From the human T2T-CHM13v2.0 reference genome, Homo sapiens, in the NCBI RefSeq assembly GCF_009914755.1, contig NC_060925.1: a DNA stretch of 64,000 bases, one strand, 5' to 3'. This document shows positions 15,685 through 29,743 of this stretch, piece after piece. Every line of letters starts with the position of its first letter. The stretch's first letter is position 1. The notes beneath the pieces were generated by a model that saw nothing but the letters and a program-made list of their open reading frames with translations, made no database searches and was not told the origin of the DNA. A program made the position numbers and the translations under genes.

Positions 15685-17005
15685 TGAGAGGTGACAGCAT
15701 GCTGGCAGCCCTGGCTCGCTCTCAGCGCCTCCTTGGCCTTGGCGCCCACTCTGGCCACGCCTGAGGAGCCCTTCAGCCCGCCGCTGCACTGTGGGAGCCC
15801 CTTTCTGGGCTGGCCAAGGCCGCAGCCGGCTCCCTCAGCTTGCCGGGAGGTGTGGAGGGAGAGGCGCGGGTGGGAACTGGGGCTGCGCGTGATGCTTGCG
15901 GGCCAGCTCGAGTTCCGGGTGGGCGTGGGCTCCGCGGCCCCGCACTGGGAGCGGCCGGCCGGCCTGCAAGCCCTGGGCAGTGAGAAGCTTAGCACCTGGG
16001 CCAGCAGCTGCTGTGCTCGATTTCTCGCAGGACCTTAGCTGCCTCCCCGCGGGGCAGGGCTTGGGACCTGCAGCCCGCCATGCCTGAGCCTCCCCTCAGC
16101 CCCCCACTGTGGGCTCCTGCGCGGCCCAAGCCTCCCCGAAGAGCGCCACTCCCTGCTCCACGGCACCCAGTCCCATCAACCGCCCAAGGGCTGAGGAGTG
16201 CAGGCGCACGGCATGGGACTGGCAGGCAGCTCCACCTGCGGCCCAGGTGCGGGATCCACTGGGTGAAGCCAGCTGGGGTCCTGAGTCTGGTGGGGACTTG
16301 GAGAATCTTTATGTCTAGCTAAGGGATTTTAAATGCACCAATCAGCACTCTGTGTCTAGCTCAGGGTTTGTAAATACACCAATCCACACTCTCTGTATCT
16401 AGCTAATCTAGTGGAAAACTTTTGTTGTCTAGCTCAGGGATTGTAAACACATCAATCAGCACCCTGTCAAAACAGACCAATCAGCTCTCTGTAAAACAGA
16501 CCAATCAGCTCTCTGTAAAATGGACCAATCAGCGAAATGTGGGTGGGGCCAGATAAGAGAATTAAAGCAGGCTGCCTCAGCCAGCAGTGGCAACCTGCTG
16601 GGGTCCCCTTGTACACTGTGGAAGCTTTGTTCTCTTGCTCTTTGCAATAAATCTTGCTGCTGCTCACTCTTTGGGTTCACACTGCCTTTATGAGCTGTAA
16701 CACTCACCACGAAGGTCTGCAGCTTCACTCCTGAAGCCAGCGAGACCACAAACCCACCAGGAGGAACGAACAACTCCAGACACGCCACCTTAAGAGCTGT
16801 AACTCTCACTGCAAAGGTCTGCAGCTTCACTCCTGAGCCAGCGAGACCACAAACCCACCAGAAGGAAGAAACTCCGAACACATCCGAACATCAGAAGGAA
16901 CAAACTCCGGACACGCTGCCTTTAAGAACTGTAACACTCACCGCGAGGGTCCGCGGCTTCATTCTTGAAGTCAGTGAGACCAAGAACCCGCCAATTCCGG
17001 ACACA
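15685..17005 (+). mobile_element. ERV9 solo LTR (LTR12 family, LTR12C-like), full length
   Basis: Begins TGAGAGGTGACAGC, ends AATTCCGGACACA; 4-bp TSD GTGG (15681-84, 17006-09); repeated CCAATCAGC, AGATAA at 16551, AATAAA at 16646, U5 repeats. Confidence 0.95.
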
Positions 17006-19515
17006 GTGGAACATTATTAATAAATCTATACCCACAAATTTGAAAACTTAGATGAAACAGGCCAATTCCTTGAAAGATATAAAGTACCAAAACTCATACA
17101 AGAAATAGATAACCTGAATAGGCCTGTATCTGTTACAGAAATTATACTGATAATTAATAACCTCCCCCAAAAGAAAGGACCAGGACCAGACAGTTTCAAT
17201 GGTGAATCCTACCAAACATTTATGGACAAAATGAAACCAATTCTCTAAAATCTCTTACAGACAATAAAGGCTGAGGGAACAATTCTTTACTCATTCTGTG
17301 AGGCCAACATTACCCTAATTCTAAAACCAGAAAAGACATTACAAGAAATGGAAACTACATACCAGTATCTCTTAGGAACACAGATGCAAAAATCTTCAAC
17401 AAAATATTAGCAAAGCTGATTCGACAATGTAAACAAAGAATTACAACCATGACCAGATGGATTTGTTCCAAGTATATAAGCCTGGCTCAACATTCATGAA
17501 TTATTTTGTGTAATTCATCACATCAACAGGCTAAGGAAGAAAACTCAGATGATCACAGCAATGGGTATGGAAAACATATTTGATAAAATCCAATATCAAT
17601 CCATGATATTTAATATTAAAAAAATCTTAGCAAACTAGGAATAGAGGGGAACTTCCTCAACTTAAGAACATTTACAAAAATCCTACAGCTAAGATCACAC
17701 TTAATGGCGAGAAACTAGAAGCTTTCTCACTAAAATCAGAAACAAGACAAAGATGCTACTCCCTCATTACTCCTACTCAGCACTATACTGGAAGCTCGAG
17801 CTAATGTAATACAACAAGAAAGGGAAAGAAAAGACATACCTATTGGAAAAGAAGAAATAAAACTGTCCTTGTGATAGTCCATGTAGAAATCCTAAAGAAC
17901 TGCCAAAAAAAAACCCGTCCCGGAACTAATAAGTGATGATAGCCAAGTCTCAGTATACAATATTAACATACAATAGTCAACTGCTTTCCTATACACCAGC
18001 AACAAGCAACTGGAGTTGGGAATAAAAAATACAATACCATTTACGTTAGCACTAAAAGAAAAAAAAAGAAAAAAAGAATTAGGTACAAATCTACCAAAAT
18101 ATGTACAAGATCTATAATCCCAGTAATCCCAGCTACTCAGGAGGCTGAGATGGGAGGATCCTGAGCCCAGGAGTTTGAGACCAGCGGAGTTACACAGCAA
18201 GACCTCATCTCAAAAAAGAAAAAACAAATTAGTACATTGTTGGTGGGAATGTAAATTAGTACAGCCCTATGGAAAACAATATGGTGGTTCCTCAAAAAAC
18301 CACAAATACAACTACCATATCATCTAGTAATCTCACTTCTGGTATACATCCAAAGGAACTGAAATCAGTATGTAAAAGAGATATCTGCACTCCCATATTC
18401 ATTGAAGCATTATTCACAATAGTCAAGACATAAAAACAACCTAAGTGTCCATTAATGAATGAATAAAGAAAATGTGGTATAGATACACAATGGAATACTG
18501 GAGGACATTACACTAAGTGAAATAAGCCAGGGACAGAAAGACAAATACTGCATTATCTCATATGTGGAATTCCTAGAATTCCATACAGTTCCATTCCTAA
18601 AAGTGGAGAGTAGAACGATGGTTACCAGAAGCTGGGGGTGGGGGACTTGGGGAGAGAGGGAATAGGGAGCTGTTGATCACAGAGTACAAAGTTTCTGATA
18701 GACAGAAGGAATAGGTTTTGAGATCTATTGCACAGGAAGGTGACTATGGTCAATAATAATGTATATTTCAAAATAACTGAGACTGAATTTCAAATAGCTC
18801 ATCATAAAAAATTATAGGCAAGGCAATGTTAATTAGCCTGATTTAATCATTACATGTTGTATATATGTATCAAAACATCACGCTATACCGCATAAATGTA
18901 TACAATTATAATTTGCCAATCAAAAATAATACTGATAATAAATTTTTAAAGCTAATGATGTAGAAGATAGAGCTGAAGAAATTATCCATAAAATAGGAGA
19001 GTGAGACAAAGAGAGAAATTATGAGAGATTAAGAAGCTTGGATGATCCACTTAAACTGCAGTGAAAATGCAGAAGCAGAAAATTTAAAAAGCTACAAGAG
19101 AAAATAGAGATGAACTACAAATATATAACAAACGGACAGGAAGCTTCAACAGCTATAATCGAAGTCAGAAGACAATAAAATACTAGTTTTGATGCATTTA
19201 GGAAAAATATCTGTCAGTGAAGAATTCTTTAAGTAATTCAATTCTTTAAGAAAAGTCAAGAGAGCAGAGCCGTAAGAACCAGAGGAAAACAAATTAAGCC
19301 TGAAATCAGTCCTATTCAGACTTCCAGTTATATGAACCAATAGACTTCCTTATTAAAAACTGATTTGGTTTGTTTACCTATTGGTAAAAACTTTGTAAGG
19401 ACTTAAAGACCATGACATTTTAATTAAATAATCATATGTGTTTCACCCCATCAAACCCTATATGTTTTTATGAGTATGGGAAAAGGTGTGGAAGAGTTCA
19501 CATCTAGGAGAATGA

Positions 19516-19858
<343 letters not shown>

Positions 19859-20069
19859 TTTTTTTGCTTTTACATCTTTGTATTGTTTGACTTACTCTAA
19901 GGAGGTTGTATATTACTTTTATAATTGGAAGTAAAAAAATTCATAAAGGAGACAGGTGTGGTGGCATGTGCCTGTAGTCCCAGCTACCCAGGAGGCTGGT
20001 TGAAGTGGGAGTATCACTTGTGCCCAAATTCAAATTCAGCCTAGGCAACATAGTGAGACCCCATATCTC

Positions 20070-20612
20070 TCTTTTTTTTAACTTTTATTTTAGGCTTGGG
20101 GATACATGTGAAGGTTACATAGGTAAACGTGTTAAAAACCACAATTATTTTTGCACCAACTTAGTATTTCATCACCCAGATATAAAGCCCAGTACCCAAT
20201 AGTTAACTTTTCTGTGCCTCTCTGTCCTTCCACCCTCCCTCCTCAAGTAAATCCCAGTGTCTGTTGTTTCCGTCTTTGTGTTCATAAGTTCTTACCATTT
20301 AGCTCTCACTTCTAAGTGAGAACACGTGGTATTTAGTTTTCTGTTTCTGTGTTAGTTTGCTAAGGATAATAGCCTCCAGCTCAACCCATATTCCCACAAA
20401 AGACATGATCTCATTCTTTTTTATGGCTGCATAGTATTTCATGGTGTATATGTACCACATTTTCTTTATCCAAACTGTCATTGCTGGGCATTTAGTTGAT
20501 TCCATGTCTTTGCTATTGTGAATAGTGTTGCACTGAACATTCGCATGCATGTGTCTTTATGGTAGAATGATTTATATTCCTCTGGGTGTGTACCCAGTAA
20601 TGGGATTGCTGG
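20070..20612 (-). mobile_element. L1 3' end inserted into an Alu monomer, with a MADE1 half-fragment at about 20134-20163
   Basis: ORF 20299 WIKKMWYIYTMKYYAAIKKNE; flanked by gagaccccatatctct / gagaccctatctctt; aaaaaccacaattatttttgcaccaactta is MADE1-like. Confidence 0.8.
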
Positions 20613-20641
20613 AGACCCTATCTCTTAAAAAAAAAAAAAAA

Positions 20642-20887
20642 GTATATATACACACACACAGACTCACATAAAACCCAAATATATATATTAAATTATTAAA
20701 TATATTATTCTCCCCAAAACCCAGCCATTTATATATATATATTTATATAATACTTAAAAGCCATTTATATATATATATATATATATATAAATGGACCTCA
20801 AAGGTATCTTTCACTCTTCTTCCTTAGTATCTTGGCACATGTTGTGCCTTCTAATCCATTGTCTTGTTCCACTTACTCCCTTATGCC

Positions 20888-20936
<49 letters not shown>

Positions 20937-21070
20937 GGCTTTTGAGTTTTTGTTTTTTTATATACATATTTATATATACATATACATTTATATGTATATG
21001 AATATATTATATATTTTGTATATGTATAAAATGTGTGTATATATAATAGATATGTGTGTGTATGTATATA
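20642..21070. repeat. (TA)n/(CA)n low-complexity region
   Basis: Several TA and CA dinucleotide runs. Confidence 0.9.
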
Positions 21071-22136
21071 AAACAAAAAATAATAAATACTCAAAAGACA
21101 TTTTTTCCCAAAGATCAATAAAGTAGTCCTATCTACTTTATACATGTAATATTAGGTATGTATACCTGTAGATAAAATGGAAATAGGAGATATTCCAAAT
21201 GGCATCAGGTATATTATACAAGTAAATTTTAAAAATTAGATGAAATGGCCAGTTTACCAGAAAATATTGAAATTTGGCTCTATACAAAAATGAAAGACTA
21301 ATAAAAATTTTTAAAAATTGATATAGCTATATTCTCCCAAAAACTCACCCAGATAGTTTTACATGTTTGGTAAACGTCTGGTTCACTCATTCAATAGATA
21401 CTTTTTAGTGCCTATTATGCCCTTAAAAAAGTATTGTTGTTCTAGGCTCAGGGTTTATTTTCTAGCTAACATTTTTTGAGTGCTTATTTGGTGCTAGATA
21501 CCATTCCTTTTACATGTATTAGCATATTTATTCTTCACAATAATATATAGTGGGGAGCAGGTGATTACTGTTAAAGTATAGAAACTGGTACAGAGAGGCT
21601 CAATACCTTGTGGCCAAAACGATCTTTTAAAAAACACAGATCGAGTTAACCTGCTTATAACTATTCAGTGGCGTATTACTGGTCTCTGCAAAAGACCCAT
21701 ATCCTTAACAAGGACCTAAAAGCCCACAATGATTTGGTTGCTGTTGCTACTGACTTCTCTAAAGTAGACTTGTACCACTTTTCTCTCTCTGTATCCTATC
21801 TTTCAGGACCTCAAAGGTATCTTTCTCTCTTCTTCCTTAGTATCTTGGCACGTTGTTGTTCTTTTTTACCCATTGTCTCGTACCACTCATTCCATTATGC
21901 CTAGTGAAAGTCTGATAATTCTGTAGATCTTAACTCTACTTCTGGATGTCTTTCAATTTCCAGATAAAATGAAGTCCTCCTACTGAGCCCACTCATAGTC
22001 TTATGAACTTACCTTCATTACCCCTAGTAAATATTTTGACATGTATTTGTGTAATAATTTGATTAATTAATACTTGATTGTATGAGGGCACAGACTATAC
22101 ACACACACACACACACACAAACATATATATATATAT

Positions 22137-22422
<286 letters not shown>

Positions 22423-22889
22423 GATATTTTCACTCACCATTGTATCCCTAGCAACTTGGATAGTGCTGACACATATCAAGCACGCAAGAATGACTTAAAT
22501 TTCTAAATGGATTATCTATTTTAGTCATAAGATACATGAATTGGCATTAAAGTTTTCAAGAACCTCTATCAATATAATGTGAGGCTAGTCAATTATCCAA
22601 AAAGTATTCTCCTAAAACCTAAAAAGTAAGAAATTAGTAAAATTTTCAATAAGTAACCAAGGACAAAACTAGATTGTTCTATAAAATTTTAAAAACTAAC
22701 TTTAAGACAAAAATTAGTAGGATGTAGTTACTGGGAAATTAAACAAGTTGGGAAATACAAACAGGGTGGAAGATGATAGTTACCCTACACATCTCACCAA
22801 CACTGTCTAGGATTACAGACAAATGATTTTACCTCTTTCCTTAATCAAAACAAATTGTTTAGGGAGAATGTTTTAAAGGAATAGTCCCA

Positions 22890-23224
<335 letters not shown>

Positions 23225-24671
23225 CTAAAGATGTAAAGAATAAAGCTAAACCAAGCCAGCTACATAACTATAGAGGTATAAATGTAAAATTAACATTCAT
23301 TGATTATTTACTATGTGTCAGGGATGATCTATGAGCATTTTTTAATAGACTACTTTACACTGAATATGAGCATTTATTAACTCATGCTTTTTCAAATCAA
23401 CTCTATGATGTAGTTACAATTATTATCTCTATTTTACAAGTGAGAAGATCACATAAGTTTTAAGTAGGCAGAGTCAAGATTTGAACCCAGGCTAAGGTTA
23501 AGAGCTGGTGCTCTTAACTATAAGAGGACAGTAGTTAAAATAGATATCTTCCCTAATATGTGTGTAAATACTGAAGATTTTTTTATTAATACAAATTGTT
23601 TTCTTATCTAGACTATTTCACTAGCCCTCTAGTTAGTTTCCTTGACTCTAATTTTGCTCTCCTTAAATCCATTTTCCACACTGCATCCAGTGATCTGCTT
23701 AAATCTTAAATGGACTTGTACAAAATTAAGGAAAACCTACTCAGCACGGCAAACAAGGCTATGATTCATGCTTAATGACCCCAGCCTTCTGGCCTCTCCG
23801 ATGTCCTTTTCTGCTACTCCCACCCTAGACTTTATATGTCTTAAAGTCTAATACAAACTCAGTACTTGTAGTGTCCACTACACACTAACCATCCCCACTT
23901 ACACTATGTATTTTAAGAACTATGGATCTTTTTGTTCGCTTTTCTGAAATGCCCCTTGTTCCTGGCATTTTCGTCTCAATTAAGCATCTTTCTGGATTAA
24001 ATTTTATTTTCTCCAGGAATCCTCTTCTGAAACCCTTAGAAGTGACCCTCCTCTACTGGTACTTAGCCATCCTTTATTGAAATTACCTGTTTATGAGCCA
24101 GTAACCTTTATTAAGCTCTTTGAGAAGAGGGATTCTTTCTTTCTCTTTTACCTACATCCCGCACAACCCAGCTCCCCCTCCGTCTCCCCCACCTCCATGC
24201 ACAATTCCTGGCACGTGTTAACTGTTCAGTAAATGTTGAACTTTTGAACTTTACTGGAAATCAAGAAACACTGAGTTTTAGCCTCAGTTTTGCTCACTAT
24301 GTGATTTTAGATATTTTATTCTCTGTGCTTATCGTGTGTATCTATATACAACTTAATCCTAAAGTTCCATCGTATAAAAAATTCTACAACTTTTTATTTT
24401 GCTCTGTATGTGACAGTACCTGGTATTTAAAAACAATTCTCTATATCAACTTAAAAAATTAACATTTGATGATTATAATTAACTTCTAAAAAACTGAAAG
24501 ATGAAACACATCAATGCCTTTTCTTTCCCCCCTGTACTGCTACCTGAAAACATCGGAATTTGCTGTGGAACGAACAAGATTTCTTCTAAGAAATTACCCC
24601 CTACCACCATGACTACATAAAATAAGGTAATTCCCAGCAAGAATATTATGCAGATACTAAAAAGAAAACAT

Positions 24672-25038
<367 letters not shown>

Positions 25039-25643
25039 TTAATATACGATTTGATCTTTTGAAAATAATGGATATATAACTTAAACGGAAATGTATCATT
25101 AAATATAGCAACAGCGTCTTCCAAAAAATTTCAAAATCGGGCTTAATGCCAATTACACGATCATAATCCAAAAACCCTTAACTGAAGCAAAGACAGTGAT
25201 TTGTAACATCTGAATTGTGTGAAAGGGGTGGGGGTGATTCAAACAAGTGTCATCACCTTGTCCAATGATGAAGGAGAACGTGTATCAGTTCTGCATTGTG
25301 AAATTCTCAGTATGAGAGCGTGTAGTGGCTAAGAAAAGCAGTGGGCGAATTAGGAAACAAAGAGAAAAGCCAGCGACATCACCAGTTCTGGCCTCCTTCC
25401 CACCGGAGGAAAGGGGAGAAGGCGGGTAGTCATCAATTCCAGGTCCAGCCTAAGTTCTGGGTCCCCGGCCCCAGCGAGAGCCTCGCCTCGCCTCGCGCGC
25501 CTGCGCGGAGCGGGCTGGCTTCCTGAACGGCCCTCGCCTCTTCACCACCAGGGCCGTCCACCAGAAGTTTCTAAACGGGTGAGAGGCGACAACGCAGTGC
25601 AGCTGGGTTAAAGGAAGGAGGCTGGTTTATCCTCCGCACTTAC

Positions 25644-25832
25644 TTGGTACTCGATCTCCAGCGAGGCCTTCAGGGGCATGGGCTGGTAGAAGCACTCCTT
25701 CTGGCCGGCGGGAAGGGTAAAGGTGAAGTCGCTATCGAGGGAAGGTGTGAAGCCGGCCGCCCCAGGCAGCAGCACCGGAGGCAGAGCGGCCAGAAGGAGC
25801 ACGGGGAAGGGCAGCCAGATCTTGTCGCCCAT
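25644..25832 (-). CDS. TMED5: TMED5 (p24gamma2) coding exon 1: signal peptide and start of GOLD domain, aa 1-63
   Basis: ATG at 25832 gives MGDKIWLPFPVLLLAALPPVLLPGAAGFTPSLDSDFTFTLPAGQKECFYQPMPLKASLEIEYQ; donor CAA|gtaagt at 25643; 189 nt, phase 0; p24-family FTFTLPAG..ECFYQ motif. Confidence 0.98.
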
Positions 25833-26158
25833 CCCTGCTGGGGCGATCCCGGGCTGAAAGAGGCGTCAGGTACTGTTGTCTCCGCTCCGCGTTTCCTCTC
25901 TGGACTCCTCGTGGTTGACAGGGAAATCTGGAGTCTGAAGAAACTCCAGGTGGCGGCCGCGGCGGCGGCGAACACTCCCTCCGAAAGAGAAGCGCAGTTC
26001 TCCAAAGGGTAGGGACTCTGGGCGGGGCTAGCAGTCCTATTCCGCAACCGCCTCAGTCTCGGCCCCCTCAGGCCAGGCGTGAGCGCCGCCCGCCTCTCCC
26101 CCTGACGGCCTCCGGTTCCCATGGCTTCCCCCACCAATGGGCATCATGGCGGTAATTG

Positions 26159-26173
26159 TGGGAAATGTAGTCC
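26159..26173 (-). promoter_or_regulatory. ZNF143/SBS-type motif (GGACTACATTTCCCA)
   Basis: Plus strand tgggaaatgtagtcc matches the ACTACAnnTCCCA motif enriched at bidirectional promoters. Confidence 0.8.
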
Positions 26174-26299
26174 CGGGCGGGCTCCGCTAGTGGGCTCGGG
26201 CGCGCTCGCCGACCACGATCCCCGGCAAGCCCCGCGCCTCCGGCGGCGCCTCACGCAGTCTGCGCCGGGGCGGGGCAGTGACCGGGTAGGCGCGTCCCA

Positions 26300-26472
26300 A
26301 CGGCTCCCGCGGCGGTTCGAATTCTGTGCTGCCGGGGTTCGCTGGTTCTCCGAGTTGTGTCCGAGGCTTCCACGCGCAGGGGCCCGGGAAAGGGTCAGAG
26401 GCTTCCTAACGCAGACTCGAGTGCGAAGCGCGCAGTCGCCGGGTGGGTCTTTCCCCAGCGACGATTTGGGTG
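26300..26472 (+). other. CCDC18: CCDC18 exon 1 (5' UTR); start approximate
   Basis: Strong donor GTG|gtgagc at 26473 at the island edge; TSS cannot be fixed from sequence. Confidence 0.7.
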
Positions 26473-26624
26473 GTGAGCGACTGCGCCTTGGCGTGGGGAA
26501 ACCGGCTTACCTGGGGGAGTTCTGTTCCTTTCCCTCCCGGCACCTTGGATGCGCTGGGACTGGTCCTCGTGGTTGCTGAGCATGCTGCTCTGAACGGTTG
26601 TATTTTATTTGATGAAAAATAGGA

Positions 26625-26773
26625 GGCCGGGCGCAGTGGCTTACGCCTGTTATCTCAGCACTTTGGGATGTCGAGGCGGAAGGATTGCTTGAGCCCAGGA
26701 GTTCGAGGCCAGCCTTGGCAATATGGCGAGCCACTGTCTCTATAAAATTAAAAAAAAAAAAAAAAAAAAAAAA
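26625..26773 (+). mobile_element. FLAM/Alu left monomer
   Basis: Single arm plus A tail. Confidence 0.85.
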
Positions 26774-27216
26774 GAGGAAACTGTCACTTCCGTCCCCCAC
26801 CCCCGCCCCCGCTTCTTTCAGACGGATGTAAGATTAGCTGTGTCAAGCGATCTTGAGACAGGAGACTACTACATAAAGTTATGACTTCTTTCCAAAATGA
26901 GGAATCTTTTTCGACTACAGCCCATTGTATCACATACATAGGGTATAAAAGAACACTTGTCCTTCGTTTGATGGGTGTGCGTGTGCAAACCTACAAACAC
27001 ATTGTTAATTAGGGCCGAAAGATGATGTTGTTAAGGTCGGTGAGTAGGATGATGTGCTTTTCTAGGTATGCATAGTCAGTGAAGATAGCCTTTTTTGGGT
27101 AACTACTGTAAATTGAAGTTAAGGACATTCATTTGACAGTAAATGGCCCACTAGGAAAATGAAAACATTTTAGTATCAAATATATTCATTGCTACTGCAG
27201 AAGAGTTAGGGAGTTC

Positions 27217-27509
27217 TTTCTTTTTTTTTTGAGACCGAGTCTCACTCTGTCGCCCAGGCTGGAGTGCAGTGGCGCGATCTCGGCTCACTGCAACCTCCGC
27301 CTCCCAGGTTCAAGCAATTCTCTGCCTCAGCCTCCCGAGTAGCTGAGATTACAGGCGCTCGCCACCACCCCCGGCTAATTTTTTTGTATTTTTAGTAGAT
27401 ACGGGGTTTCACCATCTTGGCCAGGTTGGTCTTTAACTTTTGACCTCGTGATCCACCCGCCTTGACCTCCCAAAGTGCTGGGATTACCGGCGTGAGCCAC
27501 CGCGCCCGG
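27217..27509 (-). mobile_element. AluS, CpG-retaining
   Basis: TSD gggagtt.tttctt. Confidence 0.9.
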
Positions 27510-28958
27510 ACTGGGAGTTATTTCTTGCATGGCAATACACAGATGTTGAACTAAAACCTGATTTAAGATGAAATATATAGTACCAAATGGTATTATAGAA
27601 TTTGCCCAATTTTCTCTACCCTTTTCTCCTTCACCATCCTACAGAGAGCTAGAGATGTTGAATAGGTAAAGCAGGATGGGGACCTGATTTATTGACTTGT
27701 CTGCGAGAGTCTTGTCACTTAAGCAGAAGCAAATTTGTGGAAACAAAAAAGGGAAAGAGGATAGAACCAGTTTGTCTATTAAGATTACATAGTATCTCAT
27801 TTAATTTCCTGCCACTTTCTTTCCATAAGGTGGGAGTTTTCTTTTTAATCTTCCTCCCTACATCTGAGAATTTTTGAGTGGGGAATAAATGTAACATACC
27901 ATTCTAACTGGATGAGGGAAGGAAGGACAGTTTAGTATTCGTTAATTCATTCAAAATATTGAGCTTCTCTAAGTACATTGCGGTCCTGAACGTAATGCAC
28001 AGGACTTTTAACCTTTTGGAACTTGGGATGGGATCAGAATGCTAAGAAGGGCGTTGAAGGAGATGCTACAGTGAAAAAGGTAAATGGGATCTGAAAGAGG
28101 AATGTAATTTTAAGATTGCGCAGAAAGCTCTGTAGTAGTGGAGATTATAAAGCTTTAGTTTTTTATTGTATTAATTACAATAATAAAATGTGATGCTTTA
28201 TTGTGATTTTTATATGCAAAGAAATTTAGTAGTTTCACAACCCTAGAGATACTCATCCACTGAAGAAACAAAAGCTTTTCTTCATTTCTATGAGTTGACC
28301 TGCCAAATGTTATTTTGATCCCTGTGGTTGTGACTTGTAAATGTGTCTTTTTAAAATTTTATAACTATTGGGCGTAGGAGGAGGAGACAGCTTTTATCTG
28401 GTAATAAATTCCCTTCTAACAAAATATGAATGTAATGATACCATTTAATCAGATGTCCAGTACTTGTAATGTAATTATGAAAGTTCAAACACCTCATATT
28501 GAAATTGATATGTAATATGTAATAAAGCTACAATGCGACATAATTTAATGGTCTTTGCATCCTAATGACTTGGATTCAAATCTTGATTTCACCATTTACA
28601 GTTTGTGTGACTTTGAGCAAGTTATTTAATGTCTGATTCTTAGTTTCCTTAACATGTAATGAAAATAATTAACAATTGTTAGGAAGATCAGGTATGCTTA
28701 CAAAAGAGAACTATAATAACTAGACCCTGGCTAAAATGAAAAATTCATTCATTGAAATTGTATTGAACTCCTTTATGGCTTTACACTACAGATAAATTCA
28801 TTATTATTGATTTTTTGTTTTGTTTTAAACCACCATGAAAGATTTCACAACATTTGAAATAGAAAACTAATGAGTTAAATTCTATTCATGTGAGTATTTT
28901 GACTGAAACTACAGAATCTTTCAGACAAGGTACAAGAAATTCATTTTTTTTTTAAGAA

Positions 28959-29092
28959 ATGGAATCTAGTTCATCAGACTACTATAATAAAGACAATGAA
29001 GAGGAAAGTTTGCTTGCAAATGTTGCTTCCTTAAGACATGAACTGAAGATAACAGAATGGAGTTTGCAGAGTTTAGGGGAAGAGTTATCCAG
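28959..29092 (+). CDS. CCDC18: CCDC18 exon 2, first coding exon
   Basis: Acceptor ttttaag| at 28956, ATG at 28959: [44 protein letters not shown]; AG|gtaagt. Confidence 0.93.
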
Positions 29093-29574
29093 GTAAGTAA
29101 GTAAAATCACATATAGAATTCACTGTGCCTTAAATACATCAATGTAAAATGTGTGGATTTCATTATGATGTATTGTTTCTAACCTGCCTCTGGAATAAGA
29201 AATAATTTTCTTATACTTTTTAATGTAACTTTCAGTTTAGGGAAAAATAAGGAATATTAGAGAAGCCTCTTTGCATATTAAAAACACTTTCAGTGTATTA
29301 GAACTCAGTATAAAATATATATTTTGGGCTTTACTAATTTTTTATGATTTTTTTGAATCTTAAGTAATCTTAGCGTAGAGGCTTTAGAAATACAGTTTGC
29401 TAGTTTAAAAGTAATTATGATTTATTTAAAATTTAGTGGAAACATTGCCTTATGTTCATAACTGTGAATCTGCTTAGCAGCATTTCAGGTTTTCTATTTT
29501 CTTATTTAATGTATAGCAATTTGTAGTGAATAAACTATCCAAGAACTGAAATATGTTTTTTCTTTTTTCTCTAG

Positions 29575-29743
29575 TGTTAGTCCAAGTGAAAATTCTGATT
29601 ATGCCCCTAATCCTTCAAGGTCTGAAAAGCTAATTTTGGATGTTCAGCCTAGCCACCCTGGACTTTTGAATTATTCACCTTATGAAAACGTCTGTAAAAT
29701 ATCTGGTAGCAGCACTGATTTTCAAAAAAAGCCAAGAGATAAG
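29575..29743 (+). CDS. CCDC18: CCDC18 exon 3
   Basis: ctctag|T, AAG|gttatt; 169 nt; [24 protein letters not shown]...KKPRDK; phase consistent. Confidence 0.92.

Larger units (their letters stand above)
25470..26600. promoter_or_regulatory. CpG island / bidirectional promoter of TMED5 and CCDC18
   Basis: Sharp GC- and CpG-rich block in AT-rich surroundings, between divergent first exons; GC boxes near 26021 and 26267; CCAAT at 26134. Confidence 0.92.

Noticed and set aside
15589-16881. Overlapping ORFs of up to 141 aa
   Set aside because: All lie in the GC-rich LTR12, which is stop-poor; no gag/pol/env internal sequence is present
16330-16960. Short repeated units resembling an array
   Set aside because: Normal LTR12 U3 enhancer and U5 repeats; not CRISPR-like
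25866-25949. CTG after GCCGCCAC in the TMED5 leader, in frame with the ATG
   Set aside because: An in-frame TGA occurs 27 codons later, so there is no extension; the -3 position is C, so support for a uORF is weak
28915-28929. Apparent AG...GT microexon before CCDC18 exon 2
   Set aside because: The following intron would be only 27 nt
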